Shown here in pieces: positions 9,186 through 18,399 of a stretch of DNA of 64,000 nucleotides (within the stretch, counting starts at the first letter, position 1; the number at the start of each line of letters is the position of its first letter). This stretch comes from Candidatus Nomurabacteria bacterium (GTDB taxonomy: Bacteria > Patescibacteriota > Saccharimonadia > Saccharimonadales > JAGQNJ01): NCBI GenBank assembly GCA_023898625.1, contig CP060231.1, positions 673,890-737,889 of the forward strand, read 5' to 3'. The position numbers and the translations under genes were made by a program. Under the pieces are notes generated by a model. That model made no database searches and was not told the origin of the DNA. It saw only the letters and a program-made list of their open reading frames with translations.

Positions 9186-12002
9186 ATGCAACGCTATAAT
9201 CCAAAAGAAATTGAACCCAAGTGGCAAAAAATTTGGGATGATAAACAAATTTATAAAGCCGATCTTAATAGTAGCAAACATAAGTACATTGCTATGAGCA
9301 TGTTTAATTACCCCAGTGGGGCGGGTATTCACATTGGCCATGCCATGAATTACACGATTAGCGATGTTATGGCGCGGTATAAACGTCAGAAAGGTTATGA
9401 AAGCTATCATCCAGTTGGCTGGGATGCTTTTGGTTTGCCGGCCGAGAATTACGCCATCAAAACCGGTATTAGTCCACAGGAATCAATGAAGCAGATTATC
9501 CCAAGCTATCACAAGCAGTACAAAGCTATGGGCTGGAGTAACGACTGGAGTAAAGAGATTGCCACGCACGAGCCTACTTACTACAAGTGGACACAGTGGA
9601 TTTTTGCACAGATGTACAAAAACGACCTCGCTTATCAAGAAGCACGCATGCAATGGTGGTGTACCAAGTGCCAGACAGTCCTTGCTAACGAACAAGTGAT
9701 TGACGGAAAATGTTGGCGCCACGATGGAGCCGATGACCCGATTGTCGAGAAAAAGGAGGTCAAGCAGTGGTTCTTCAAGATTACCGACTATGCCGATGAA
9801 CTGCTTGAGGCAACCGATGCACTTGATTGGTCAGAAGTAGTAAAAACAGCTCAGAAAAACTGGATTGGCAAAAGTAAAGGTGCCGAGGTTGATTTCTTGC
9901 TACATAAGGTTTCTAACCCACATGCCCAAATGGCTCGAAGCTATATCATGGGTCAGCAAAATATCACCGAAGATGACATATTTGAGATTGGCGGTACAGT
10001 GGATAATCGAACAGAAGCAGGACATCTATGTGTTGAGTTTCCCGTGTCAAAAGCAGATGATTTTGAGCGTCTAATAACAGACAATATGGAGACGGGCTTC
10101 TGGAATGAGTATCTGACAAACGAAAAAGTCGTATTCATTTTCAAACATAAAGACGGTTATATCGAAAGATTTGAATTCAACGATAGTAACGCAAGTCAGA
10201 TTTGTGCGCTTGGCAATAAGTTCAATAACCTTCCAGAGCCAGCTCCCAATGAGACTCCATGGCAATGGTTAGCAAACAATAGTTGGTATAGCTCTATAGT
10301 GCCCAAAGTCAGGGTTTTCACAACTCGGCCGGATACAATCTTTGGGGCAACTTTCTTGGTTTTGGCACCAGAGCATGAGCTTGTAGAGCAACTTACTACA
10401 AAAGAGCAAAAAGTCAAAGTAGATGATTACATAAAACAGGCCACCAAAAAGACAGAAGTTGAACGCCAGGCCAGCAAGGAAAAAACAGGCGTCTTTACAG
10501 GTTCTTACGCTATTAATCCAGCAAGTGGCGAGAAGATCCCCGTTTGGGTGGCAGATTATGTGTTGGTTGGCTACGGCACTGGGGCAATTATGGCGGTTCC
10601 TGCCCACGACGAACGCGATAGAGAATTTGCCCAGGATCACGAACTTCCTCTTGTCCAGGTAGTAGACATCGGTGAAGTAGATGATGCTACGGCTGAGGGT
10701 GTGATGATTAACTCTGGTAAGTATGATGGGATGAGTTCTGCTGAGGCGCGGGAAAAGATTATTGCCGACCTAGAGAAGCAGGGTCTAGCAAAAGAAAAGA
10801 CAACCTTTAAAATTCGTGATTGGAGTGTCAGTCGTCAACGTTACTGGGGTGCACCGATACCGATTATCAATTGCGAGAAGTGTGGGCAAGTACTTGTCCC
10901 AGACGAAGATTTGCCAGTAGTTTTGCCGGAGCTCGATGACTATGCACCGAGCGGTGATGGTCGCAGTGCTCTGGCCAGGGCAACAGATTGGCTTGAAGTT
11001 GATTGTCCAAAATGTGGCGGAAAGGGCGAGCGGGAAACCGATACACTTGATACTTACATTTGTAGTAGCTGGTACTACTTACGATACTTTGATCCAGCGA
11101 ACAAAACCAAAGTCTTCGATAGCTCCATAGTTAATAAATGGATGCCGATTGATTTTTACAATGGTGGTGATCATGCTACCGCACATATGATCTATGCTCG
11201 TTTTATAACAAGATTTTTCCATAAAATTGGACTTTTAGATAATCCCGAACCATTCAAGAAGTTTTTGTTTAATGGTAAAGTCATGGCTAGTGATGGTCAA
11301 ATGTTTAGTAAGTCAAAGGGCAACGGAGTTGATCCCCTTGAAATTATTAACCAAGGTTATGGTGCAGATGCGCTTAGAACATACCTAATGTTTGCGGCGC
11401 CATTAGATCTTTGGATTCGCTGGGATCCACAAGGGGTGCCAGGCGCATACCGCTTTTTGAATAGGGTATGGAATCTTTCCCAAGAATTTATTGAGGCAAA
11501 AGAAGAGGGTGACCGAAATAATCGAGCTCTTAAAATTATTCACCCTGCAATCAAAAAGGTAACAGAAGATTTAGAAGATCAAAAGTACAATACTGCAATA
11601 GCTTCAATGATGAAAGCAACCAACCAGTTATATGAAGTGAAGGCAAAATATGGTGTAAAAAAGAACGGTGATTGGCAGATGGCAATTGAGTCTTTGGCGA
11701 TGCTTATCGCGCCTTTTGCCCCCCATACTGCTGATGAAATCTGGAATCAGTTAGGACATCAAGATAGTATTAATATTGATCATTGGCCGGAGTGGGACGA
11801 TAGCTTTATGGTCCAAGATGTAGTTGATGTAGTTGTCCAAGTAAACGGTAAATTACGTGGCAAGGTTCAGATAAGTTCAGGCAGTTCTCAGGATGAGGTT
11901 ATAACCTTAGTACATGCCGATAGTAAGCTTATGCAGTATATCGGTGCAGAGGTGAAAAAAGTTGTTTACGTGCCAGATAGGCTTGTTAATTTTGTAGTCT
12001 GA
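9186..12002 (+). CDS. leuS: leucyl-tRNA synthetase carrying a ~137-aa extra segment before the editing domain
   Basis: 938 aa; HIGH (HIGHAMNY), TTRPDT, AVPAHDERD and KMSKS-like (FSKSKG) motifs. Confidence 0.95.
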   Translation: MQRYNPKEIEPKWQKIWDDKQIYKADLNSSKHKYIAMSMFNYPSGAGIHIGHAMNYTISDVMARYKRQKGYESYHPVGWDAFGLPAENYAIKTGISPQESMKQIIPSYHKQYKAMGWSNDWSKEIATHEPTYYKWTQWIFAQMYKNDLAYQEARMQWWCTKCQTVLANEQVIDGKCWRHDGADDPIVEKKEVKQWFFKITDYADELLEATDALDWSEVVKTAQKNWIGKSKGAEVDFLLHKVSNPHAQMARSYIMGQQNITEDDIFEIGGTVDNRTEAGHLCVEFPVSKADDFERLITDNMETGFWNEYLTNEKVVFIFKHKDGYIERFEFNDSNASQICALGNKFNNLPEPAPNETPWQWLANNSWYSSIVPKVRVFTTRPDTIFGATFLVLAPEHELVEQLTTKEQKVKVDDYIKQATKKTEVERQASKEKTGVFTGSYAINPASGEKIPVWVADYVLVGYGTGAIMAVPAHDERDREFAQDHELPLVQVVDIGEVDDATAEGVMINSGKYDGMSSAEAREKIIADLEKQGLAKEKTTFKIRDWSVSRQRYWGAPIPIINCEKCGQVLVPDEDLPVVLPELDDYAPSGDGRSALARATDWLEVDCPKCGGKGERETDTLDTYICSSWYYLRYFDPANKTKVFDSSIVNKWMPIDFYNGGDHATAHMIYARFITRFFHKIGLLDNPEPFKKFLFNGKVMASDGQMFSKSKGNGVDPLEIINQGYGADALRTYLMFAAPLDLWIRWDPQGVPGAYRFLNRVWNLSQEFIEAKEEGDRNNRALKIIHPAIKKVTEDLEDQKYNTAIASMMKATNQLYEVKAKYGVKKNGDWQMAIESLAMLIAPFAPHTADEIWNQLGHQDSINIDHWPEWDDSFMVQDVVDVVVQVNGKLRGKVQISSGSSQDEVITLVHADSKLMQYIGAEVKKVVYVPDRLVNFVV

Positions 12003-12008
12003 GAGGGC

Positions 12009-12037
12009 TTGAGGGTTGAGTTGAAAGTTGCTATAAT
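12009..12037 (+). promoter_or_regulatory. sigma70-type promoter upstream of rpmF
   Basis: TTGAGG (12009-12014), 17-nt spacer, TATAAT (12032-12037). Confidence 0.5.
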
Positions 12038-12083
12038 ATCTTTTGATATTCAACATAATACGTTAAGGAGTAATTAACTTTAT

Positions 12084-12245
12084 ATGGGTAAGCCCAAAAA
12101 ACGAACTACACCACGTCGAACAGGCAACCGACGTAGCCATCTTGTCGTAAAGTTGGCACGTACAGTCAATGCCTCGTCGCCTGTTAAGGCATATACCACT
12201 CGGCGTGAATCAGGCAAAAATACTGCAAAATCTGTTAAAGCCTAG
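12084..12245 (+). CDS. rpmF: 50S ribosomal protein L32
   Basis: Absent from the ORF track (53 aa). Hand translation MGKPKKRTTPRRTGNRRSHLVVKL... matches the bL32 N-terminal signature; AAGGAG lies upstream. Confidence 0.85.
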   Translation: MGKPKKRTTPRRTGNRRSHLVVKLARTVNASSPVKAYTTRRESGKNTAKSVKA

Positions 12246-12289
12246 TAATTATAGGTTATAATAGTAGACATTAAAGGATTTTTAACAAT

Positions 12290-12742
12290 ATGGCTTCGAA
12301 CCGTCACCTTGGCCGAATAATCGCTCTGCAAACCCTATATGAACGGGATTTTCGCGCTGATTGTGGTGATAAGTCACTCAAATTGAGTGAAATACTAGAC
12401 AGGAATATCAATCGCTACAGCAGTACGGTTGACGACGTTGATTTTGTCAGGGTTTTGGTTAACGGCGTCGAAGAGCAAGGTCAGTATATAGACAGCCTGC
12501 TGCAACCAATTGCACCAGATTGGCCATTGGATCAGATTGCTCGTGTTGATCGAATAATCTTGCGTCTTGGCGCATACGAGTTACTGTTTCAGGAAGATGC
12601 TGTACCATCAAGGGTGTCGATAAACGAAGCTGTAGAACTTGCTAAATCCTTTGGAGGGGAGAACTCCTCAAAGTTCATCAATGGCGTATTAGGTACGCTC
12701 ATTAAACAAAAAGAAGCAGATACTTTACCCAAAAATAAGTAA
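12290..12742 (+). CDS. nusB: transcription antitermination factor NusB
   Basis: 150-aa ORF with a NusB-like N-terminus (RIIALQTLYERDF) and C-terminus (INEAVELAKSFGGE...FINGVL). Confidence 0.9.
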   Translation: MASNRHLGRIIALQTLYERDFRADCGDKSLKLSEILDRNINRYSSTVDDVDFVRVLVNGVEEQGQYIDSLLQPIAPDWPLDQIARVDRIILRLGAYELLFQEDAVPSRVSINEAVELAKSFGGENSSKFINGVLGTLIKQKEADTLPKNK

Positions 12743-12757
12743 CATTAAGGATACGAT

Positions 12758-13252
12758 ATGAAACGACCAAAGCCATTTGAAGGTTTTAAAAAATTTGTAC
12801 ATACACGCAGAAAACCGGTTATCAAAGAGGTTCTTAGGGAACCAACAGCCGGGGGTATTGTTTATCGTAAAGAATCCGGTAATGTAGAAATACTATTAAT
12901 ACAAGATGCCAAAGATCGTTGGACAATCCCTAAGGGACATATTGAAGAAGGTGAACAAGCTAAAGATACCGCCGAACGAGAAATTCAAGAAGAAACAGGG
13001 CTAAAGAAAGTACGAGTCCTTGATTGGTTAGGGAAGATAAACTTTAGGTATCGTCGCCAACAGAGTTTAGTATTGATGACTACCGATATATTTTTAGTTG
13101 AGGCTCAAGGTGATACAAACGCATTAAAGCCAGAAGATTGGATGAATGGTATTAAGTGGTTTTCAACACAAGAAGCATTGGATAAGATTGAGTATGAGGA
13201 TATTGAGAAAATAATTCTTTTAGGATTAAATAAAATCAGAAAGGCTACCTAA
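12758..13252 (+). CDS. NUDIX hydrolase
   Basis: Nudix box GHIEEGEQAKDTAEREIQEETG. Confidence 0.85.
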   Translation: MKRPKPFEGFKKFVHTRRKPVIKEVLREPTAGGIVYRKESGNVEILLIQDAKDRWTIPKGHIEEGEQAKDTAEREIQEETGLKKVRVLDWLGKINFRYRRQQSLVLMTTDIFLVEAQGDTNALKPEDWMNGIKWFSTQEALDKIEYEDIEKIILLGLNKIRKAT

Positions 13253-13255
13253 GAT

Positions 13256-13957
13256 ATGCAAGATACCGCCAAATTTGTTGATTTCGCTAAAAGTAAACTA
13301 AAAGTTGAGTTTAATGATATAGAGCTTCTGATTACGGCACTAACCCATAGGTCTTACGTAAATGAACATCGCAAAACGGCTAAAGTTCATAATGAACGTC
13401 TTGAATTTTTGGGTGATGCAGTATTGGAGTTGGTGGTAACCGAGTTTTTGTACAAAAATCATCAAGAACCCGAAGGTATATTAACAAATTGGCGAAGCGC
13501 TTTAGTTAGGACGGAGAGTATTAGCGAAGCTGCAAAAAATAATGATTTTGAACCCTTATTGAGGTTGAGTCGTGGCGAAAAGCATGGGACTGATCGTGCG
13601 CGAGCACAGATTTTAGCTAATTCATACGAGGCTGTGATTGGCGCAATCTATCTTGATCAAGGATATAATGTTGCAAAGGAATTTATAGACAGAACTTTAA
13701 TCGTAACATTCGATGATATTTTAAAATCAGGCTCATGGATGGATCCAAAATCACACTTTCAAGAAAAAGCTCAAAGTGAAGAAGCATTTACTCCAGTATA
13801 TAAAGTTCTTGAAGAGGATGGACCAGATCATGATAAAACCTTTGTTGTGGGAGTATTTGTTGGGGATGAACTGCGTGGCAAGGGAAAGGGGCCAAGCAAG
13901 CAGTCTGCTCAACAGCAAGCCGCTCAAAATGCCCTAAAGTATTACGAAAACAAGTAG
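13256..13957 (+). CDS. rnc: ribonuclease III
   Basis: Signature ERLEFLGDAVL plus a C-terminal dsRBD (SKQSAQQQAAQNAL). Confidence 0.95.
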   Translation: MQDTAKFVDFAKSKLKVEFNDIELLITALTHRSYVNEHRKTAKVHNERLEFLGDAVLELVVTEFLYKNHQEPEGILTNWRSALVRTESISEAAKNNDFEPLLRLSRGEKHGTDRARAQILANSYEAVIGAIYLDQGYNVAKEFIDRTLIVTFDDILKSGSWMDPKSHFQEKAQSEEAFTPVYKVLEEDGPDHDKTFVVGVFVGDELRGKGKGPSKQSAQQQAAQNALKYYENK

Positions 13958-14038
13958 TGAATTTTGCAGTATGATTGACAACAGAGGTGATTAACTGTAA
14001 AATAGGGTGGTTAATAATAAAGAAGGGATGAAGCAATA

Positions 14039-14446
14039 ATGCTCGTTATACGTTTACAGCGTACTGGCCGAAAAGGTCACGCACAATTCCGTGTGGTCGT
14101 TCAAGATTCACGCAGGACCCCAACAAGTGGACGCGTAGTAGCCAAGATTGGTCACTATGATCCACACACAAAACAAATAGTTATTAATAAAGAACAAGCG
14201 CAGTATTATCTGGATCATGGTGCTCAGCCAACAGATAGAGTTGCATTACTTCTAAAGAAAGAAGGGGTTAAGTTACCTAAGTGGGTAACTTTACCAGCCA
14301 AGCAAGAAGGCAAAATTCGTAATCCAGAAAAGTTGCGTAAAAATCAACCAAAAGAAGAGACTGCACCCGAACAACCTAAAGAGGATACAGAAGATGCCAC
14401 TGTATCTGATAGCGAGTCGACCGAATCCGAACAAGCTGAAGCATAA
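14039..14446 (+). CDS. rpsP: 30S ribosomal protein S16 with an acidic/lysine-rich C-terminal extension
   Basis: N-terminus MLVIRLQRTGRKGHAQFRVVV is typical of bS16. Confidence 0.95.
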   Translation: MLVIRLQRTGRKGHAQFRVVVQDSRRTPTSGRVVAKIGHYDPHTKQIVINKEQAQYYLDHGAQPTDRVALLLKKEGVKLPKWVTLPAKQEGKIRNPEKLRKNQPKEETAPEQPKEDTEDATVSDSESTESEQAEA

Positions 14447-14498
14447 AACAAAGTTTGCTATAATATAGAGGCATTAATATAAAGTATAGGAGATTCTG

Positions 14499-14891
14499 AT
14501 GAGTACCATCGACCAGCAATTTGTTGAATATATCGTAAAATCTGTGGTTGGAAACCCTGACGCAGTTGTAGTTGAGCGAACTGTGGATGAACGGGGGGTT
14601 TTATTGGAGCTTACTGTGGCACCCGAAGATTTGGGGCGCGTTATTGGCAAAAGGGGTTCTGGCGCACAGGCGCTTCGTACTTTGCTCAGAGCTTTAGGAA
14701 CAAAGAACGACGCTCGATACAATCTTAAGATTGTTGACGACGGACAATCAGCATCTGATGTAAAGTCTGGTGTTCAAGAATCCGAAGAGCCAACAAATAA
14801 CACTACTGATTCATCAGATACTGAAGAAGAAAACTCAAGGGTTGCACAGACTCGAAAAGAGCTCGAAGATCTTGACGACCTTGACATCTAA
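14499..14891 (+). CDS. KH-domain RNA-binding protein (KhpA/YlqC-like) with an acidic tail
   Basis: GRVIGKRGSGAQALRTLL KH motif; located after rpsP as in many bacteria. Confidence 0.85.
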   Translation: MSTIDQQFVEYIVKSVVGNPDAVVVERTVDERGVLLELTVAPEDLGRVIGKRGSGAQALRTLLRALGTKNDARYNLKIVDDGQSASDVKSGVQESEEPTNNTTDSSDTEEENSRVAQTRKELEDLDDLDI

Positions 14892-14948
14892 TCATATAGA
14901 AGATTGCAAAAAATATGACCAATATGTTATGTTTAAAGCATAACTATT

Positions 14949-16352
14949 ATGAGTCATAAAAAAACTAGCAGATTTTCAATATACACAAAACAAACTGTAA
15001 ACACACTTCGAAGAAACTCTAAGTTTGTCGTAATATTAATTTTGGCTGGTATAGGCACAGCAATATTAGTTGCTACTAAAGCGGGTACATTCTCTATTGC
15101 ATTACAGCCAGAGCTTGGCAGTACAAGTGGGTGTGCCGAAAAGATCACAGATAATTCTGCCACAGAACCTTCGAGCAATAATGCTGTTAGATTTGGTACT
15201 GGATCTGGATGTGTGGTGGTGCCACCCCCACCCCCACCATCTGACAATAATAAATTTACGTTTGCAGTTGTTCCAGATACACAAAATGAGATTGGATTCC
15301 CCGGGAATTATTATAATTTTACTAATAGGTGGAATTGGTTAATAAATAACCGACAGTCGCTTAATCTTAAATATATATTTCAGGTAGGTGATGTTAATAA
15401 CTGGACCGGCAAAATTTGCGAGACGTCTACAAAAAACCCCAATTGCTCAGGAATAACAAATTTTGATCAATCTAGTGAAGGCTTAAAGATACTAGAAAAT
15501 GCTGGTATGCCATACTTGATTACGCCCGGCAATCATGATACTGCTGCCGTAAGGGCCGACGGCAAGGCCTGTAGTGATACTTCTGGAGGCTATAGAGCCT
15601 CATGCCCTGGGTCTAATGCTTCAATTCAAGTTAGAAACATGAGCGCCTGGGAGAAAGCATATCCAAAATCAAGATTTCCGGGCATTGTGACGTTGTGTGA
15701 TGAGTTTAACGCTAATAGAGACAGGCTAATGACAAAGGGCGCACCTGCCGGAATGTCATCGTCAAGCCTTGATCACCCACAATGGATGAGTAACTATTGC
15801 GCGTCTCACAATAATACAGATAATGCTTATCGTACTTTTACTGCAGGGGGACTGAATTGGCTAGCAATTAATTATGAATTTTATCCTCGTCAGGTTGTTC
15901 AAGAATGGATGAGGATAGTAATAGAGAATCACCCGCATCACAACATTATTCTGGTTTCTCATATGTTCTTAAGTAGCAACTCTAAGACATTAAGTACCGG
16001 ATCATCTGGGTATACTGCAGTTGAAGGTACTCCAAAAAGAGTCTTCGATTACGTAATAAGTAAGTATCCAAATGTGAAGTTCACCTTTTCTGGACATACA
16101 ACCGGCAATAATGGATGCGCGAAGCTTACGGGCGTTAATGGAAATACTATCTATTCATATTTAAATGATCGACAAGATGGTTTAGGAAACGTGGTTAGGT
16201 TACTTGAAATCACCCCAGATGCGGGAAACGGCAAGGGTAAAGTAGATAGCAGGATGTACTCGCCAAAAAATGAGAAGAATAACTACCCCCCACAACTAGA
16301 TATGAGTGATTTTAAGAATTGCTCAACTACCGATATACAGTGGACTAGGTGA
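14949..16352 (+). CDS. secreted or membrane-anchored metallophosphoesterase-like protein
   Basis: N-terminal TM helix, poly-Pro linker, DTQNE / GNHD / SGHT motifs of the calcineurin-like phosphoesterase fold. Confidence 0.6.
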   Translation: MSHKKTSRFSIYTKQTVNTLRRNSKFVVILILAGIGTAILVATKAGTFSIALQPELGSTSGCAEKITDNSATEPSSNNAVRFGTGSGCVVVPPPPPPSDNNKFTFAVVPDTQNEIGFPGNYYNFTNRWNWLINNRQSLNLKYIFQVGDVNNWTGKICETSTKNPNCSGITNFDQSSEGLKILENAGMPYLITPGNHDTAAVRADGKACSDTSGGYRASCPGSNASIQVRNMSAWEKAYPKSRFPGIVTLCDEFNANRDRLMTKGAPAGMSSSSLDHPQWMSNYCASHNNTDNAYRTFTAGGLNWLAINYEFYPRQVVQEWMRIVIENHPHHNIILVSHMFLSSNSKTLSTGSSGYTAVEGTPKRVFDYVISKYPNVKFTFSGHTTGNNGCAKLTGVNGNTIYSYLNDRQDGLGNVVRLLEITPDAGNGKGKVDSRMYSPKNEKNNYPPQLDMSDFKNCSTTDIQWTR

Positions 16353-16394
16353 ATGGAGTAGGGTTATTTATTCGATTGCTGTATAATATATTCC

Positions 16395-17036
16395 GTGAAA
16401 ATACAAGTAATTACGCTATTCCCAAAGATGTTTGATGAGGTTTTTGGGTCTTCTATGTTATGGAAGGCGCAAAAAGAGGGAATAGTAGAATACCATACTA
16501 TTAATCTTCGAGATTTCGGATTAGGCCCTCGCCAGCAAGTTGACGACACACCGTATGGTGGAGGTGATGGGATGTTATTAATGGTCGAACCATTAATTAA
16601 AGCTATAAGACACGCCAAAAAACAAGACAAGTCCGCAAGAACATTACTTATGACCCCACGTGGTGAGATTTGGAGGCAATCCTTAGCAAAACGACATGCT
16701 GATGATAGTCGTGGATTGATAATTGTTTGTGGTCGCTATGAGGGATACGACGAAAGGGTTGTGTCGGTAGTTGATGAGCTTGTTTGTATCGGAAATTATG
16801 TTTTAACCGGTGGTGAGATACCAGCGATGGCGGTGATTGATAGTGTTGTTAGGCTAATTCCAGGAGTCTTAGGGGGTGAAACCTCTGCACAGATAGAGAG
16901 TTTTAGTGATGATAAGACCATTGAATATCCTCAGTATACTCGCCCGGAAGTATTTGAAGAAATGAGTGTTCCTAAGGTTTTGTTAAGTGGAAATCATGCC
17001 AAAATTAAAACATGGCGCTCAGAAAATTCTAAATAA
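16395..17036 (+). CDS. trmD: tRNA (guanine37-N1)-methyltransferase
   Basis: 213 aa, GTG start; TrmD-like VITLFPKMF, GGGDGM and RYEGYDERV motifs. Confidence 0.95.
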   Translation: MKIQVITLFPKMFDEVFGSSMLWKAQKEGIVEYHTINLRDFGLGPRQQVDDTPYGGGDGMLLMVEPLIKAIRHAKKQDKSARTLLMTPRGEIWRQSLAKRHADDSRGLIIVCGRYEGYDERVVSVVDELVCIGNYVLTGGEIPAMAVIDSVVRLIPGVLGGETSAQIESFSDDKTIEYPQYTRPEVFEEMSVPKVLLSGNHAKIKTWRSENSK

Positions 17037-17098
17037 TAAATGAGACTATTGCATCTAGCCGGAATACTTAAGCAGTAAGGTATAATAGGTATACAAAT

Positions 17099-18373
17099 AT
17101 GTCTCAATATTACTCAAGTAGTCGTTATTACTCGCAGCCAAGGAAGCAAAAAAATAAGCTTAGGAAAAACATTGGCACTAAGGTTATCTGTGTTAGTTTT
17201 GTGGCGCTAACCATCCTTGGTAGCTTACTGTATTTTTGGCCGGTTCCAAAAATTGAAGCACAACCTGCAATTGTAAATTATCAGATAGAGCAACCAGCTA
17301 CAATTAATTGGCCAAATGCAAAACAATCCGCAATAGGTATTGCTGATTATGGAATTGTGAAAGAATCAGACAACCAACAACCATTACCAACAGCAAGCAT
17401 GGCAAAAATATTCACAGCATTAATGGTAGTTAAGGCTAAACCTTTGAAGGTCGGAGAGGAAGGTCCAAAAATCGAAATCAATACCGCTGATGTTAATTTA
17501 ATGAATGAGTATATTAATAAGCTAGGTTCGTATTTTCCGGTTCATAATGGACAGGTTTTAACTGAAGAAGAGGCACTAAAAGCACTATTAATTGTGTCAG
17601 CCAATAATATCGCTGATAAATTAGCTATATGGGCGTATGGATCAAGCGAGGCTTATGTTCAACAAGCAAACGAATATTTTAAAGAACAAGGATTAACAGG
17701 CACACATATTTCCGATGCTAGCGGATTTTCTCCGCAGACTGTTAGTACTGCAAGTGATATGGTGTTAGCAACTCAAATGTTAATGAACGATCCCGTATTA
17801 TCTAGTATTGTCAGTATGAAAGATACCGTAATATCTGGTACAACAGTACATAACACCAATGGTTTGCTAGGTAGTGACGGTGTTGTCGGTGTGAAAACTG
17901 GTAATACTGATGAAGCTAAAGGTTGTTTTGTAATTGCTCGTAATGTTAAATTGGCAGAGGATAAAGAAGTTACATTGCTGGCAGTAGTTATGGGTGCAAA
18001 CACTGTGCCAGAGGCGATGTTGTCTGCCAAACAGCTAACAGTGCAGGCTCAAAGCAGTATAAAATATCGTAATATTCTTCCAAAAGGAACTATTGTTACC
18101 AAATACCAGACACCGTGGGGTGAGAGCGTAGATGTAGTAACCAGTCAAGATGTTGAGATGGTTGCATGGCCAGGAGCAGAAATAAAACCAAAGTTAAAGA
18201 TTAGATCGTTATCTGCAAATGAAACCGGGATGAAAGAGATAGGCGTTCTATATACAGCAATAGGAAATCAAAAGCACGAAACTCCTGTTCAGCTATCAAA
18301 AGAACTGAACAATCCCCCAGTAGGTTGGAGGCTCGCTGGAAGATATGCATCTAAGGTGTTCGGATCATCATAA
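17099..18373 (+). CDS. D-alanyl-D-alanine carboxypeptidase (serine type, PBP5-like)
   Basis: N-terminal TM helix; SMAK (SxxK), SAN (SxN) and KTG motifs. Confidence 0.85.
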   Translation: MSQYYSSSRYYSQPRKQKNKLRKNIGTKVICVSFVALTILGSLLYFWPVPKIEAQPAIVNYQIEQPATINWPNAKQSAIGIADYGIVKESDNQQPLPTASMAKIFTALMVVKAKPLKVGEEGPKIEINTADVNLMNEYINKLGSYFPVHNGQVLTEEEALKALLIVSANNIADKLAIWAYGSSEAYVQQANEYFKEQGLTGTHISDASGFSPQTVSTASDMVLATQMLMNDPVLSSIVSMKDTVISGTTVHNTNGLLGSDGVVGVKTGNTDEAKGCFVIARNVKLAEDKEVTLLAVVMGANTVPEAMLSAKQLTVQAQSSIKYRNILPKGTIVTKYQTPWGESVDVVTSQDVEMVAWPGAEIKPKLKIRSLSANETGMKEIGVLYTAIGNQKHETPVQLSKELNNPPVGWRLAGRYASKVFGSS

Positions 18374-18399
18374 ACAATCCTAATAGTATTCGATAGATT

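Noticed and set aside
14954-15284. Minus-strand and alternative-frame ORFs (GGGGGG / WWGWGWHHH) over the poly-Pro linker of the phosphoesterase
   Set aside because: They are antisense or off-frame readings of the cca-ccc proline run and lie within a better-supported gene.
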